Shown in pieces: positions 42,381 through 53,027 of a stretch of DNA of 64,000 bases (positions within the stretch are counted from its first letter, which is position 1; every line of letters starts with the position of its first letter). The stretch is from an uncultured cyanobacterium (GTDB taxonomy: Bacteria > Cyanobacteriota > Cyanobacteriia > CAKZMO01). A program made the translations under genes and the position numbers. The stretch covers positions 448,001 to 512,000 of the forward strand of contig CAVRCJ010000010.1 in assembly GCA_963719515.1 (NCBI GenBank). Reading direction: 5' to 3'. The notes below the pieces were generated by a model. That model made no database searches and had not been told where the DNA came from. It was given only the letters and a program-made list of their open reading frames with translations.

Positions 42381-43949
42381 CTAATAGCCGAGGCGCTGCA
42401 GGCGATCGAGATGACGACGGACTGGGGTGAGGGTATTGGCAGCAATCAGACCACTAGCGGCAACAGCCGGTAGGCCAATCCCAGGAAATACGGAGTCGCC
42501 GCACCGCAGCAAATTGGGGATATCGGTTTTGCCTGAGGGGAAGAAGCCCTTGGCCGCAGAAAGGGCTGGGCCATAGGTTCCTCGGTGCCGCCGCAGGTAG
42601 CGCTCGTGGGTGAGCGGGGTGCCCACCAGCGCCACCTCGCAGCGATCGCGCACGTCGGGAATCACCCGCTCTACGGCCCGCCACAGCACCTCAGCCCGCG
42701 CCTGCTTTTGCTGCTTGTAGGCCTTACCGCTGCGGTCTAGACCGGCCCAAGGTTCGTAGGGCTCGCTACCCGGCGTGTAGGCGTGGATGACCTGCTTCCC
42801 CGGCGGGGCAAGGGAGGGGTCGAGGACCGACGGAATGGAGATCAGCACTACGTTTTGCGGGGCGGTGACGCCTTTATCCCAATCGTTTACCACAATGTAG
42901 TGGCAGGCCAGGTCTGGCAAGCCCGTTCCGTCGATGCCGCCGTGCAGATGCATAAAGCTGGGACAAGCGGGGAGGTCTTGGGCTGCGACCTGGGAGGACC
43001 GGGCAGAAGCGGGCAGAAGCGATCGCGTATCCCAGGCTGAGGCGTTGGTGACTACGGCGCGGCGCGCGCGAATCGTTTCCCCGTTTCGGGCGCGCACCCC
43101 GACGGCTTTGCCCCGCTCTATCAAAATCTCGTCGATGTGGGTGTTGAGTCGCAGCGCGCCGCCGTGGCGGATCAGGCCGCGCACCAGGGCGTTGACTATG
43201 GCTTGACTGCCGCCGATGGGATAGTCGAGCTGCACGTTGGGGCGATACCATTCCGCAAACATAAAGGCCATCTCTGCGGCGCTCGTGCCGCTAGCGGGTA
43301 GCCCTGAGAGCAAAAAACACAGCAGATCTAGCCAGTTGCGAATGAAGGGGTCGCTGATGGTCTGGTCTCTGACGGCGGCAAAGCTGCCCGAGAGCCGGGC
43401 CATCTGCCCGCCGTGGCGCAGAACCGCAGGGGCAAAGCGCCCCAGGGTGAGGGCCGCACCCCAGTCTAAGCGTAGGGCTGAGGGGGGCAGTGCGGTCGCG
43501 GCCTGTCCGAGGGGATGGAGCTGTCGCTGCAGCTGTCGCCACTCCTGCACCGCTTGATGGCCCCGCAGCTTGTTCAGGATGTCGCAAAACTGGTCGGCCC
43601 CCACTTGGGTGTCGAAGTCCCCCTCCGGCAGGCAGCAGCCCCAGGTATCGTAGGTAGCGCAGGGCAGCGCTTCTCCAATCAGATCGAAGACGTGGCGCAG
43701 GGGATTAGTCGAAGGTTGGGACAGGCCGGAGTAGAGGGAGGGGCCAGAGTCAAACCGAAACCCCTGACGCTCAAATCCATGGGCCGCGCCGCCGGGAATG
43801 CTGTGGCTTTCGCACACCACCACCTCAATCCCTTCGTGCGCCAAAACGGCAGCGGCGCTGAGGCCACCGATGCCGCTGCCAATAATGATGACGTCTGTTT
43901 GCTGGTGTGGAATCATATCGCCTGTAAAGATAACGTTGGCGCAAGCCAT
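42381..43949 (-). CDS. FAD-dependent oxidoreductase, phytoene desaturase/CrtH-like family
   Basis: IIGSGIGGL, FDSGPSL, VGTPLTH, GDSVFPGIG. Confidence 0.88.
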   Translation of the reverse strand: MACANVIFTGDMIPHQQTDVIIIGSGIGGLSAAAVLAHEGIEVVVCESHSIPGGAAHGFERQGFRFDSGPSLYSGLSQPSTNPLRHVFDLIGEALPCATYDTWGCCLPEGDFDTQVGADQFCDILNKLRGHQAVQEWRQLQRQLHPLGQAATALPPSALRLDWGAALTLGRFAPAVLRHGGQMARLSGSFAAVRDQTISDPFIRNWLDLLCFLLSGLPASGTSAAEMAFMFAEWYRPNVQLDYPIGGSQAIVNALVRGLIRHGGALRLNTHIDEILIERGKAVGVRARNGETIRARRAVVTNASAWDTRSLLPASARSSQVAAQDLPACPSFMHLHGGIDGTGLPDLACHYIVVNDWDKGVTAPQNVVLISIPSVLDPSLAPPGKQVIHAYTPGSEPYEPWAGLDRSGKAYKQQKQARAEVLWRAVERVIPDVRDRCEVALVGTPLTHERYLRRHRGTYGPALSAAKGFFPSGKTDIPNLLRCGDSVFPGIGLPAVAASGLIAANTLTPVRRHLDRLQRLGY

Positions 43950-43952
43950 GGG

Positions 43953-44291
43953 TCAGGCTAGCCTTGCGCCGTTGGGCACCTCTGCGTCGGGCACGGCCAG
44001 CACCACGGCCCCGTCGTCTCTATGAAACCCAGTGACCAGGCATTCTGACATAAAGGGACCGATTTGCTTGGGCGGAAAGTTGACGACGGCAATCACCCGT
44101 TTACCCATGAGGGTACGCTTGTCGTACAGGGCCGTGATTTGGGCGCTGGATTTTTTAATGCCAACATCGTTGCCAAAGTCGATTGTCAGCTTAAAGGCGG
44201 CCTTTCTGGCCTCGGGAAAGTCCTGAACGTCGATAACGGTACCGACGCGCAGCTCGACGTTTTGAAAATCAGACCATTCAATAGGCGTCAT
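43953..44291 (-). CDS. csaA: tRNA-binding protein / chaperone CsaA
   Basis: LRVGT, SSAQIT, VVNFPPKQIGPFMSECLVTG. Confidence 0.92.
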   Translation of the reverse strand: MTPIEWSDFQNVELRVGTVIDVQDFPEARKAAFKLTIDFGNDVGIKKSSAQITALYDKRTLMGKRVIAVVNFPPKQIGPFMSECLVTGFHRDDGAVVLAVPDAEVPNGARLA

Positions 44292-44315
44292 GACTGAATT
44301 GAGTGGGGGCGAGAA

Positions 44316-46199
44316 TTAGGAGGTTCCACAGCGCGGTTCCTGTACAGACATCATGATGACACTCTCTGACGGAAGCTTCACCTGCCAAGGAAAGGGCCAC
44401 CGTCTGAGCTGTTCCCACTTTTCCCGATAGACCTCCGCTTGGAGATGATAGTCCTGAGCTGACTCGGGTTGACTGTGGAGCTTGATGTAGAGCGTGACGC
44501 GGTGCTGGGTTTCACTGCTGGCCGCTAGCCAGCCTGGAAAAGCGTTGCTCGTCCCGTCTTCTGAAAACTGAATATGGTGTGCGCGGATGCCGACGTGGGC
44601 CACTGCCGAGACCGCTTCCGCCACCTCTAGCTCACAGCCCCAGTCCAAGGCCCTCACCCGGCGATCGCCCACTCGACGCCCCCGGGAAAAGTTTTTGCAC
44701 TCCGTAAGCCGCGCTACTTCTAGAGTAGGCGGCCGGGTGAATATCGTCTCCCGCGCGTCGTTCGCCAAGATTTGCCCTTCAGAGAGCACGAGAAGTCGGG
44801 GACAGACCCGGTAGACCTCTTCTAATTTATGGGTCACAAACAGGGCGACACCAGTGTAGCGACTCAGAACATCAATCAGCGATCGCTCGACGCGGCTGCG
44901 CAGGTAGGTGTCTAGGGCCGACAGCGGTTCGTCTAGCAGCAGCACCTCAGGCTCGGTAGTCAGCGCCCGAGCTAGGGCCACCCGCTGCTGCTGCCCTCCA
45001 GACAGCTGCGTCGGATAGCGATCGCCCAGTCCTTCTAGCTCCAGGGACTCAAGAATAGTCGCTACCCGAGCCGCCCGCTTCACTTTGGGTCGGGGCATTC
45101 CAAAAGCGATATTCTGGGCCACGGTCAGGTGGGGAAAGAGGGCATAGTTCTGGAACACCACCCCCACGCGGCGATCGCGGCTGGGCAAATTCACTCCCGC
45201 CTGTGCGTCGAACAGGACGCGCCCGTTGAGCACAATTTTGCCCTCAGAGGGCCTGTCGAGTCCGGCGATGCAGCGCAGGGTCATGCTCTTGCCCGAGCCA
45301 GAAGCCCCCAACAGGCCTAGCGGAGCGCCGTCAGCGCTGAAGCTAGCTTGGAGATTGAACCCCGGCACCTGGCGGACGATCGCCACCTGCAGGTGCGGAA
45401 CAGGCTGTCGGTGAGCTGCGCTGAGGTAGGGCGTTGCCTCCTGACTAGGACTGCACAGGACAGGATAGGCCGTCCCGAAATAGGCCCGATTGAACCCCTT
45501 AGTCATCCAGCCAGGATGGGCGACGGTGGCCGACGGTGTGTTTTCCCTGCCCCGACTGCCCGTAATCACAGCGATCGCCCCCAGGGCTACCCCCACCATC
45601 ACCATTACCCATCCCAGCGCTGCCCTCATCCGCCCTGCTTCTGCCGCAAAGAAAATGGCGATGGGCACCGTCTGGGTAACGCCCGGAATGCTGCCTCCCA
45701 CCATCAGCGCGGCCCCAAACTCCCCCATGGCGCGGGCAAACGCTAGCACCGTTCCGGCCAGGACTCCCGGCCACGCTAGCGGCAACAGCACCTGCCAAAA
45801 CAGCCGCCACTCCGACGCACCCAAAGTGCGGGCGGCGCTCACCAAGGTCGGGTCCACTTGCTCGAAAGCGCCCAGGGCCGTTTTGTACATCAGCGGAAAG
45901 GCCACCACCGCTGCAGCGATCGCCACCGCCGCCCAGGTAAAAATAATCGACAGTCCCCAAAGGTCAAGTAACCGTCCCACCGGACCGTTGGCCCCTAGCA
46001 GCAGCAGCAGCAAAAAGCCCACCACCGTTGGCGGCAGCACCAGCGGCAGAGTAAAGAGGCCGTCTACCAAGCCCCGCCATTTCCCCCGGTAGGACAGCAT
46101 CCAGCGAGCGGCGGCGAGGCCGGTCAAGAAGGCAAATAGAGTGGCGGCAAGCGCCGTTTTAAGCGAGATCCAAAGAGGATCGACTACGGACGTGACCAT
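44316..46199 (-). CDS. modBC: Fused molybdate ABC permease + ATPase (ModBC)
   Basis: LPLVLPPTVVG, FARAMGEFGA; GASGSGKS, LSGGQ, LLDEP. Confidence 0.92.
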   Translation of the reverse strand: MVTSVVDPLWISLKTALAATLFAFLTGLAAARWMLSYRGKWRGLVDGLFTLPLVLPPTVVGFLLLLLLGANGPVGRLLDLWGLSIIFTWAAVAIAAAVVAFPLMYKTALGAFEQVDPTLVSAARTLGASEWRLFWQVLLPLAWPGVLAGTVLAFARAMGEFGAALMVGGSIPGVTQTVPIAIFFAAEAGRMRAALGWVMVMVGVALGAIAVITGSRGRENTPSATVAHPGWMTKGFNRAYFGTAYPVLCSPSQEATPYLSAAHRQPVPHLQVAIVRQVPGFNLQASFSADGAPLGLLGASGSGKSMTLRCIAGLDRPSEGKIVLNGRVLFDAQAGVNLPSRDRRVGVVFQNYALFPHLTVAQNIAFGMPRPKVKRAARVATILESLELEGLGDRYPTQLSGGQQQRVALARALTTEPEVLLLDEPLSALDTYLRSRVERSLIDVLSRYTGVALFVTHKLEEVYRVCPRLLVLSEGQILANDARETIFTRPPTLEVARLTECKNFSRGRRVGDRRVRALDWGCELEVAEAVSAVAHVGIRAHHIQFSEDGTSNAFPGWLAASSETQHRVTLYIKLHSQPESAQDYHLQAEVYREKWEQLRRWPFPWQVKLPSESVIMMSVQEPRCGTS

Positions 46200-46310
46200 A
46201 ACTGTTCTCACTGCCGTCCTATCCTAGGCGATCGCCGGGCATGTTCTAGAGCCCGTGCTGAAACATACGCTGAAGCATGCTGCGAGCTTTGGTTCGCTGA
46301 GGTTGAAAAG

Positions 46311-48161
46311 CTAAGAGTCCAAAGGCAGAGTGAACGTTAGCGTTGTCCCCCGCCCCTGCTGGCTCTCAACATCAATTGTGCCGCCGTGGGCTTCCACAAT
46401 CTGTCGACAGCGGTAGAGGCCTAAGCTAACGCCGCGGTAGTGGCGAGAGTCAGGGCAGTCGACGTAGAGATCAAACAGGCGATCGCAGCGTTCAGGGTCA
46501 ATTCCCTTACCGTTGTCTGTGATGCAGCACCGCACGGCGGTCTCATGGCGCTGTGCGGTAAGGGTCACCGTCACTTTAGGAAAATTGTGGCCCACGGCAT
46601 TGACAATCAGCTGGCGCAGGACCTGCTGAGTTAGCTTGGGGTCGACCCAAATTTGGGGTAAGTCGTTGGGGATATCAACGGTGAGCTGGGCGTGATTTTC
46701 ATGGAGAAGCGGCGCGAGTTCTGCAATCACCTGATCGACTAAGTGGGCCAAACAGACGGTCGTTTGCTCTAAATTCAGCCCCGCCATCCGGGCTCTGTAG
46801 ATCTCCTTCAAGTTTTCAAGCTTGCGAAGCTGGACCTCACTGGCCTGGCGCATTTGCTTCAATAGGCTGGTGGGAAGACTCACCGCCTCACGAGACTGAG
46901 ATTCTAAGGTTTCCAGCAGCATCAAGTTACCGCTCACGGAGGTGCATAGATCGTGGGTGATGGCGTGCAGAAAAAAGTGCTGAACGCTATTGAGATCCTG
47001 AACCTTCTGCATCTGATGCTGAAGCTGCGCTGTGCGCTCTTCAACCTGCTGCTCTAGGCCGGCGTTGAGCCTCTGAACCCGCTCTAGCAGCATGGCCTGT
47101 TGAATGGCGATCGCCACCTGCGTGGAAATTCGCTCTAGCAATTCGCTTTCGCGGGATTGCCACTGCCGGCTCTGGCTGCACTGATGCACGACCAAAACAC
47201 CAAACAGCTCGCCTTCCACCACAATCGCGGCCCCCATAGCCGATTTGGTTTCGTAGCGCTGCACAAAGTTCCGGTAGGGGCAGGTTGGCTCTAAAAGGCC
47301 GATGTCGTCGACTTGAACCACCGACTTTTCCCCCATCATTGTGCGAATGTCCTCTGTGGGAATTTCATCAGCTCGGCCCAGAATAGAGTCGAAGGGCTCT
47401 GTCACAGATTCGGCCACAATCTCGCTACTATTTCCGCTGGTGCTGGGGTCGCGCATTCGGTGAACAAAGGCGCGATCGACGCGAAGGACTCGCCGCACTT
47501 CTGTTACGGTGGCCTCTAAGATGTCGTTTAGGTCTAGGGACTGACGGATACGAATGGCGATTTCTCCCAGCAGGCGATCGCGCTCCGCCGATAGCCGCAG
47601 AGTTTCCTGGGCTCGCTTGTGGTCAGTGACGTCCCGGACTACTGTCAGTAGGCAAGGCCGGTGGTTGAATTCAAATACGGAGGTGGACAACAGGGTTTGA
47701 ATAGCGCTGCCGTCCTTGTGGTGGAATACGATATCTCGGTTATAGACGGTGCCCGACTGCTGGATGCTCTCTACTAAGTCGCGGCGCTCGTCAGGGTTGT
47801 GCCAGAGGCCGAGATCAATAGAGGTACGCCCCAGGGCCTCCTCGCGGGTATAGCCCGTCAATTTCACAAAGCTGTCGTTGACCTCCAAAAACTGTCCGTT
47901 GCTCAGATAGCTGAGCGTAACTGCATCGGGGCTAAAGGCAACCGCTTTAGAGAACTTTTCCTCAGACAGCTTCAAGGCTGCCGCCATTCGACCCTGCTGG
48001 AGCACCGTCATAGCCAGCAGCAGGGTGGTAATAGAGGTAATGCCAGTCAGGACTTCTAGCCAAAACACAAGGCTGAATTCTGGCGCAGTGATAGAGGCGA
48101 TCGCTCCCCAGAACAGCGCTAAAGCATAGCTAGCGTTGGCCCACATAACCTTTGTTGCCAT
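46311..48161 (-). CDS. Membrane-anchored PAS-GAF sensor histidine kinase
   Basis: PAS, IRQSLDL GAF, THDL H-box, DNGKGI, EAHGG. Confidence 0.88.
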   Translation of the reverse strand: MATKVMWANASYALALFWGAIASITAPEFSLVFWLEVLTGITSITTLLLAMTVLQQGRMAAALKLSEEKFSKAVAFSPDAVTLSYLSNGQFLEVNDSFVKLTGYTREEALGRTSIDLGLWHNPDERRDLVESIQQSGTVYNRDIVFHHKDGSAIQTLLSTSVFEFNHRPCLLTVVRDVTDHKRAQETLRLSAERDRLLGEIAIRIRQSLDLNDILEATVTEVRRVLRVDRAFVHRMRDPSTSGNSSEIVAESVTEPFDSILGRADEIPTEDIRTMMGEKSVVQVDDIGLLEPTCPYRNFVQRYETKSAMGAAIVVEGELFGVLVVHQCSQSRQWQSRESELLERISTQVAIAIQQAMLLERVQRLNAGLEQQVEERTAQLQHQMQKVQDLNSVQHFFLHAITHDLCTSVSGNLMLLETLESQSREAVSLPTSLLKQMRQASEVQLRKLENLKEIYRARMAGLNLEQTTVCLAHLVDQVIAELAPLLHENHAQLTVDIPNDLPQIWVDPKLTQQVLRQLIVNAVGHNFPKVTVTLTAQRHETAVRCCITDNGKGIDPERCDRLFDLYVDCPDSRHYRGVSLGLYRCRQIVEAHGGTIDVESQQGRGTTLTFTLPLDS

Positions 48162-48326
48162 AGAGAATTGTGAGAGCAGGGCGCAGACGAATGGTCACCA
48201 GCAAACGCCCCATCTAGAGCTACTACAGCTGTGATATCTCGATGGAGACCCGGAGGTGATGATCATGCAGTCCAGTATTACCATCCTAGAGGGTCCTTGC
48301 CGATGTCGTCACTCGCCCATATAAGC

Positions 48327-48360
48327 GCAAAAAGCGAGCCTTGGAGGGCTCGCTTTTTGC
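48327..48360. terminator. Bidirectional intrinsic-terminator-like hairpin
   Basis: GCAAAAAGCGAGCC-N6-GGCTCGCTTTTTGC. Confidence 0.7.
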
Positions 48361-48458
48361 ACCGGTAGGAATAGGCTAAAGGCCAGTAGAGGGACAAAGA
48401 CTGTTGGCGGCATCAAAAGCTCCTTTTACCAAAAATCATGGGTCTAAAGCCCCGTCCT

Positions 48459-48599
48459 TCAGGACGGCTTCTCTAAATGTAGGCGATCTATCCAATCTTC
48501 TACCAGTTGAGTCATGGTCTTGTCCCTCTCTTTTGCAATCGCCCTAAGCTTTTGCAATCTTTTAATAGAGACTCTTAAATTAAGCTGTCCTTTTGCCAT
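48459..48599 (-). CDS. 46-aa ribbon-helix-helix (CopG-like) protein divergent from tnpB
   Basis: MAKGQLNLRVSIKRLQKLRAIAKERDKTMTQLVEDWIDRLHLEKPS; below the ORF-track cutoff. Confidence 0.7.
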   Translation of the reverse strand: MAKGQLNLRVSIKRLQKLRAIAKERDKTMTQLVEDWIDRLHLEKPS

Positions 48600-48642
48600 A
48601 CTGCCTACACAATGCCTACGCATCTATGCTAACATAAACAGT

Positions 48643-49767
48643 ATGAGAACATTGAAGTTTAAGATATACGAGCACAAGCGGAACCGGCACCTAAAGCGCA
48701 CTATTAATGCTGCTGGGGTGATTTGGAACCACTGCATTGCTCTCCACAAACGGTACTACCGTATGTGGGGCAAACACCTCAATTGCTCTAAACTTCAGTC
48801 TCATATTGCCAAGCTACGGAGGCGCAATCCGTTTTGGCAGTTGGTGGGGTCTCAGGCTGTGCAGGACATCTGCCAGCGAATTGAAAAGGCATACCAGCTG
48901 TTCTTTAAGCATCACGGCAAAGGCTATAGGCCGCCTAGCTTTCAGAAGGTAAGGCGATACAAGTCGTTCACCCTAAAACAGGCGGGATACAAGCTGCTCA
49001 ATGGTGGTCGTATCAAGATAGGCAGCAGGGTCTACCAGTATTGGAATTCAAGGGAGATAGAGGGCAAGGTTAAGACCGTCACGGTGAAGCGATCGCCTTT
49101 GGGTGAGCTGTTTTTAGCCGTTGTGGTGGACCAGGAAGCTGAACCAGTTCAAGGCATCGAGACGGGTAAAACCGCTGGTGCTGATTTTGGACTGAAGACG
49201 TTTCTCACTTTGTCAGATGGTACTCAAATCGAGTCTCCTGAATTCCTGAAAGCATCGCTCAAAGACCTTTGCCGAGCTAGCCGCAACCTATCGCGCAAGC
49301 GAAAAAAGTCGGCAAACTGGCACAGGGCAAGACTAAATCTAGCTCGCTGCCATGAGGCCATAGCCAATAGGCGACGAGATTGGTTTTGGAAGCTTGCCCA
49401 CCGGCTAACCGATACCTACGATGCGCTCTACTTTGAGACGCTGAACCTGAAAGGGATGCAGCGGCTATGGGGCCGGAAGATATCGGACCTAGCCCTAGCT
49501 GAATTTCTCGAAATCCTTCAGTGGGTGGCAAAGAAAAAAGGCAAGACCGTAGCATTCATCGACCAGTGGTATCCCAGCTCTAAAACTTGTAGCTGTTGTG
49601 GGCACGTACTGAAGGAGTTAGATCTAAAACAACGGCAGTGGGATTGCCCTGCCTGTGGCGCTCACCACGACCGAGACCTAAATGCTGCAATAAACATTCA
49701 ACGGGTTGGGGCGTCAACCCGTGGGCTAGGCGATGTCAGACAGGCTCAGCCTGCGATCGCTGCTTGA
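48643..49767 (+). CDS. tnpB: RNA-guided endonuclease TnpB
   Basis: RuvC D (ADFG), E (FETL), D (DRDLNAA); zinc finger. Confidence 0.93.
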   Translation: MRTLKFKIYEHKRNRHLKRTINAAGVIWNHCIALHKRYYRMWGKHLNCSKLQSHIAKLRRRNPFWQLVGSQAVQDICQRIEKAYQLFFKHHGKGYRPPSFQKVRRYKSFTLKQAGYKLLNGGRIKIGSRVYQYWNSREIEGKVKTVTVKRSPLGELFLAVVVDQEAEPVQGIETGKTAGADFGLKTFLTLSDGTQIESPEFLKASLKDLCRASRNLSRKRKKSANWHRARLNLARCHEAIANRRRDWFWKLAHRLTDTYDALYFETLNLKGMQRLWGRKISDLALAEFLEILQWVAKKKGKTVAFIDQWYPSSKTCSCCGHVLKELDLKQRQWDCPACGAHHDRDLNAAINIQRVGASTRGLGDVRQAQPAIAA

Positions 49768-49888
49768 TTCCAGAATCCCCGCTCTTCAGGGCGGGGAGTA
49801 CGTCAAAAAGTCGACACCTATAGGCGTCAGTACAGGGCTTGAGGCAGTGCCGTTAGGGTGGCCTACCCTGGGCAAAGCTAGCAGCGGG

Positions 49889-50080
49889 CTAAGCGGTCTC
49901 CAGCCAGTCAAAAACACGGTCGAGCTGCTCTAGGGTGATCAGCCCATACTGCCACAAAATCATGGGCAGAGGGCCCGGATCTTGCTCGCTGTGTCGCAAG
50001 GCAATCGAGATAGACGACGGAGAGATCGACAGCTCCTCCTGGAGGAACGTGATCAGTTTTGAGTAAGTTGCTGATGTCAT
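49889..50080 (-). CDS. DUF2949-like small protein
   Basis: FLQEEL...LPMILWQYGLITLEQL..VFDWL. Confidence 0.85.
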   Translation of the reverse strand: MTSATYSKLITFLQEELSISPSSISIALRHSEQDPGPLPMILWQYGLITLEQLDRVFDWLETA

Positions 50081-50443
50081 GAGAATTTTTTTATTTTAAA
50101 TAGGGAATTTTAAAAACAGGTCTGTTAAAGGGAGAACGTAAGAGGGATTTTAACGGCACCTAGCAGAATTATGCATCCGTCGCTGGGTTATGGCTGTATT
50201 TAGCTTTTCTATATTCAATCCCTAACAGATATCAAAGTCGTTCTGATACCGAAGCCATGAGGCAGAGGTTCCGCGTTAGGCAATAGTATACGCAACGCGA
50301 TCTCTCAAATATCGCCCCTAGGGGGGCAATTTCTAAAATGGCCGGTGGTTAAGGGTAACTCATTTTGCCACAGCAAAGCTGAGCAGAATGATTCAATTCT
50401 GATAGTTTCCTTAAGTTTTGCAGCGGGCTTCGTCGCCGGATCT

Positions 50444-50962
50444 TCAGCGCACCGGATCGATGAACTCAACGTCGATGCGATCGCCGACCTGGAGGCCTAT
50501 TTCTGCGGCTCGTCCGCCCCGTAGCTCAATCACCTGATCTATCTCCTCTGACGGGCCGTAGGTAGGGCAGGGGGTTGCGGTGCAGGGAGGGACATCAGCA
50601 GCGACCGCCACCACCTCACCCTGGCGCAAAAACACCATGTCTAAAGGCAGCTGCACGTTGCGCATCCAAAACTGGACGGGGCGGGGCGGGGCAAATGGAA
50701 ACAGCATGCCCCGGTTGTCCGGGATCTGCGCGCGAAACATGAAGCCAGTCGCCCTTTGGTCAGGGGTCTCCGCCACTTCTAGCTCAATGCGATTGCCTCG
50801 AATATCTATGGTAGCGGAGATGGGTAACACTTGGCCCTGCGGTGTAGATGAGATAAGAGCGCTTTTGGAAGGGGCCGGAGCAGCGACCTGAGGCGTAGGC
50901 TGTACTACTGCCGCGCTGCAGCCTGCCGCCAGTAGCCCAAGGCTGAGGGCAGCAGCTGTCAT
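50444..50962 (-). CDS. DUF192 family lipoprotein
   Basis: Lipobox LAAGC; GMLFPF, FWMRN..LPLD, VIEL.GG. Confidence 0.85.
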   Translation of the reverse strand: MTAAALSLGLLAAGCSAAVVQPTPQVAAPAPSKSALISSTPQGQVLPISATIDIRGNRIELEVAETPDQRATGFMFRAQIPDNRGMLFPFAPPRPVQFWMRNVQLPLDMVFLRQGEVVAVAADVPPCTATPCPTYGPSEEIDQVIELRGGRAAEIGLQVGDRIDVEFIDPVR

Positions 50963-51002
50963 TAGCGTGCCTCTAAAGAGAAATTCATAGGGACGTGCTG
51001 AA

Positions 51003-51695
51003 TTACGATTCTCGCAGCACGTAGCCCACACCGCGTACGGTTTGGATAAGACGCTTCTCACCATCTTGTTCAATTTTGATTCGTAGGTAGCGAATGTAGA
51101 CTTCAATAACATTGGATTCACCCATAAAATCGTAGCCCCAAACGTTTTCCAAGATTTGCTCCCGCGTCAGTACGGTTCGGGGATGCTCCATGAAATAGCG
51201 CAGCAGCTCAAACTCTTTCATCGTTAGCTCAATCACCCGACTCCGGCGAACGGCATGGCGAGCGGCGATATCCAGCGTCAGGTCGCCAAACCGGAGCTGC
51301 TCAACGACTTTGTCTTGAGGGCGTAGGTATAGGCTTACGAGGTCTAGAAAGTCGTCAGTGCGATAAGGCTTCAAAAAATAATCGTCAGCCCCGACGTCAA
51401 GACAGGCCACGCGATCGGCAACCGTGTCGCGGGCCATCAGCAGCAGCACCGGAGTTTGAGTTCCTAGCTCCCGCAGCTGACGGCAGAGGGTTAGCCCCGA
51501 TGACGTCCCTGACAGCATGCGATCGATGATGATTAGGGCAGGTTCAAAGGTCTGGATTTGCCGCAGACCGTGCTCCGCATCCGCCGCCACCGCAGAATCG
51601 TATCCCGACTCCATCAAATCAGCGTAGATCTGGTGCGCCAGCGATTGATCGCTTTCGATCAGCAAGATGCGGGAGGTGACGGGGGTGGCACACAT
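51003..51695 (-). CDS. nblR: OmpR-family response regulator, NblR-like
   Basis: REC plus wHTH; degenerate acidic pocket (LLIESD, LLLMARD); located between nadK and DUF192. Confidence 0.75.
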   Translation of the reverse strand: MCATPVTSRILLIESDQSLAHQIYADLMESGYDSAVAADAEHGLRQIQTFEPALIIIDRMLSGTSSGLTLCRQLRELGTQTPVLLLMARDTVADRVACLDVGADDYFLKPYRTDDFLDLVSLYLRPQDKVVEQLRFGDLTLDIAARHAVRRSRVIELTMKEFELLRYFMEHPRTVLTREQILENVWGYDFMGESNVIEVYIRYLRIKIEQDGEKRLIQTVRGVGYVLRES

Positions 51696-51825
51696 GGGCG
51701 GCGTCCATACCGAAGGGCCGTAGAAAACTCGTCTGTGCCTATCCTACAGCAGAGTACTCCGGAGCGGCAGCGGTGGTTTCCCCTACTCGCATCTAACGTA
51801 CTTTAGCCTGCCCCAGTTCCCTCGG

Positions 51826-52743
51826 CTAGGGCAACTCTACCGATGTGGGCTTGGCGATGTGGGGTAAGCCCCAGCCCAGCTTCTCCCGCAGCACGTGAAA
51901 AAATTCGGGCGATCGCAGCCGAATAAACTTGGCGGGGTAGGGCGATCGCTGCACGCGCACGGTGTCGTTTGGCAGCACGTAGCATCCGGCGTTGCCGTCT
52001 ACCACCATTGCGAGCCGGTCGGGATTTGCGGGATGAATAGTTACGGGCTCGGCGTCGCTGAACACTAAAGCGCGAGAGGCCAGGGAATGGGGGCAAATTG
52101 GCGCTAGCTGCAAAACGGGGACGTCTGGGGTGAGTACCGGACCGCCTGCTGCAAGGCCGTAGGCGGTGGAGCCCGTCGGGGTTGAAATAATCACCCCGTC
52201 AGCGGCAATATCAACCGGCGCGTGGTGACCGACCCGTATTTCGAAATGGCACATGCAGGTCATGGGCTCTCGGTGCAGCGCCATTTCGTTGAGGCCTAAG
52301 ACCTCCCACACAACGGTGTCGCCCCGAAAGACCTGCACCATCAACATGCAGCGTGGCTCTATCCGATAGTCCTCAGTGAGCAGGGCGTCAATCGCCTGGA
52401 AAAGCTGGTTGGCGTAAGTTTCCGTCAGAAAGCCTAAGTGGCCCGTATTGACGGTCAGCAGCGGAATACCCATGGGGGCCACCTGCCGGAAGCTAGACAA
52501 GACCGTGCCGTCGCCGCCCAAAACGATCGCAAACGCCATGTCGTGATCGAAACCGGCGGGGGCCAGTTGGTCAACAGAGCTGTGGCACATCGGTTTGTTT
52601 GGGGACGAGTAGCCTAACAGCCCCCCTCTACCCGTCGCTAGACATACCTCCCAACCGCTAGCGGTCAGCTTACCCTCTAGCTCTTCAGCGATGCGGCAAG
52701 CGGCGGGCTTGATGTCGTTGTAGATAATGCCGGCTTTGGGCAC
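51826..52743 (-). CDS. nadK: NAD+ kinase
   Basis: [23 protein letters not shown]. Confidence 0.95.
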   Translation of the reverse strand: MPKAGIIYNDIKPAACRIAEELEGKLTASGWEVCLATGRGGLLGYSSPNKPMCHSSVDQLAPAGFDHDMAFAIVLGGDGTVLSSFRQVAPMGIPLLTVNTGHLGFLTETYANQLFQAIDALLTEDYRIEPRCMLMVQVFRGDTVVWEVLGLNEMALHREPMTCMCHFEIRVGHHAPVDIAADGVIISTPTGSTAYGLAAGGPVLTPDVPVLQLAPICPHSLASRALVFSDAEPVTIHPANPDRLAMVVDGNAGCYVLPNDTVRVQRSPYPAKFIRLRSPEFFHVLREKLGWGLPHIAKPTSVELP

Positions 52744-53027
52744 GTTTAGAATCCGAAAGTACTAACAAATCGTGCAGGAGACGATTGGGCCTCAACGGGC
52801 CGCGTAGCGATCGCACCAACGACGCTGCAGCTTTGAAATCGCCTCTGCTATCTATATAGAGTAATCGATTTGGTCCAGGTAGGTGAACCAAGTTTGTCTG
52901 TGTGAGACCTGCCGGCTGCTCTAAAACACACACTCATGAGGTTTTCACGTCTTTTTTTCTCATCCCTTGTCGCGTGAGGCAAGATGTAGGGATACCTAAA
53001 TACCTGATCAGGAGAGATCAAAAGGTT

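Larger units (their letters stand above)
48430..49806 (+). mobile_element. IS200/IS605 tnpB-only (IS1341-like) element A
   Basis: TTAC|CAAAAATCATGGG...AAAG plus hairpin at the left end; GAAT plus hairpin ...GTCAA| at the right end; no TSD. Confidence 0.9.

Noticed and set aside
44316..46199. ModB-ModC fusion as a novelty
   Set aside because: A known arrangement in cyanobacteria.
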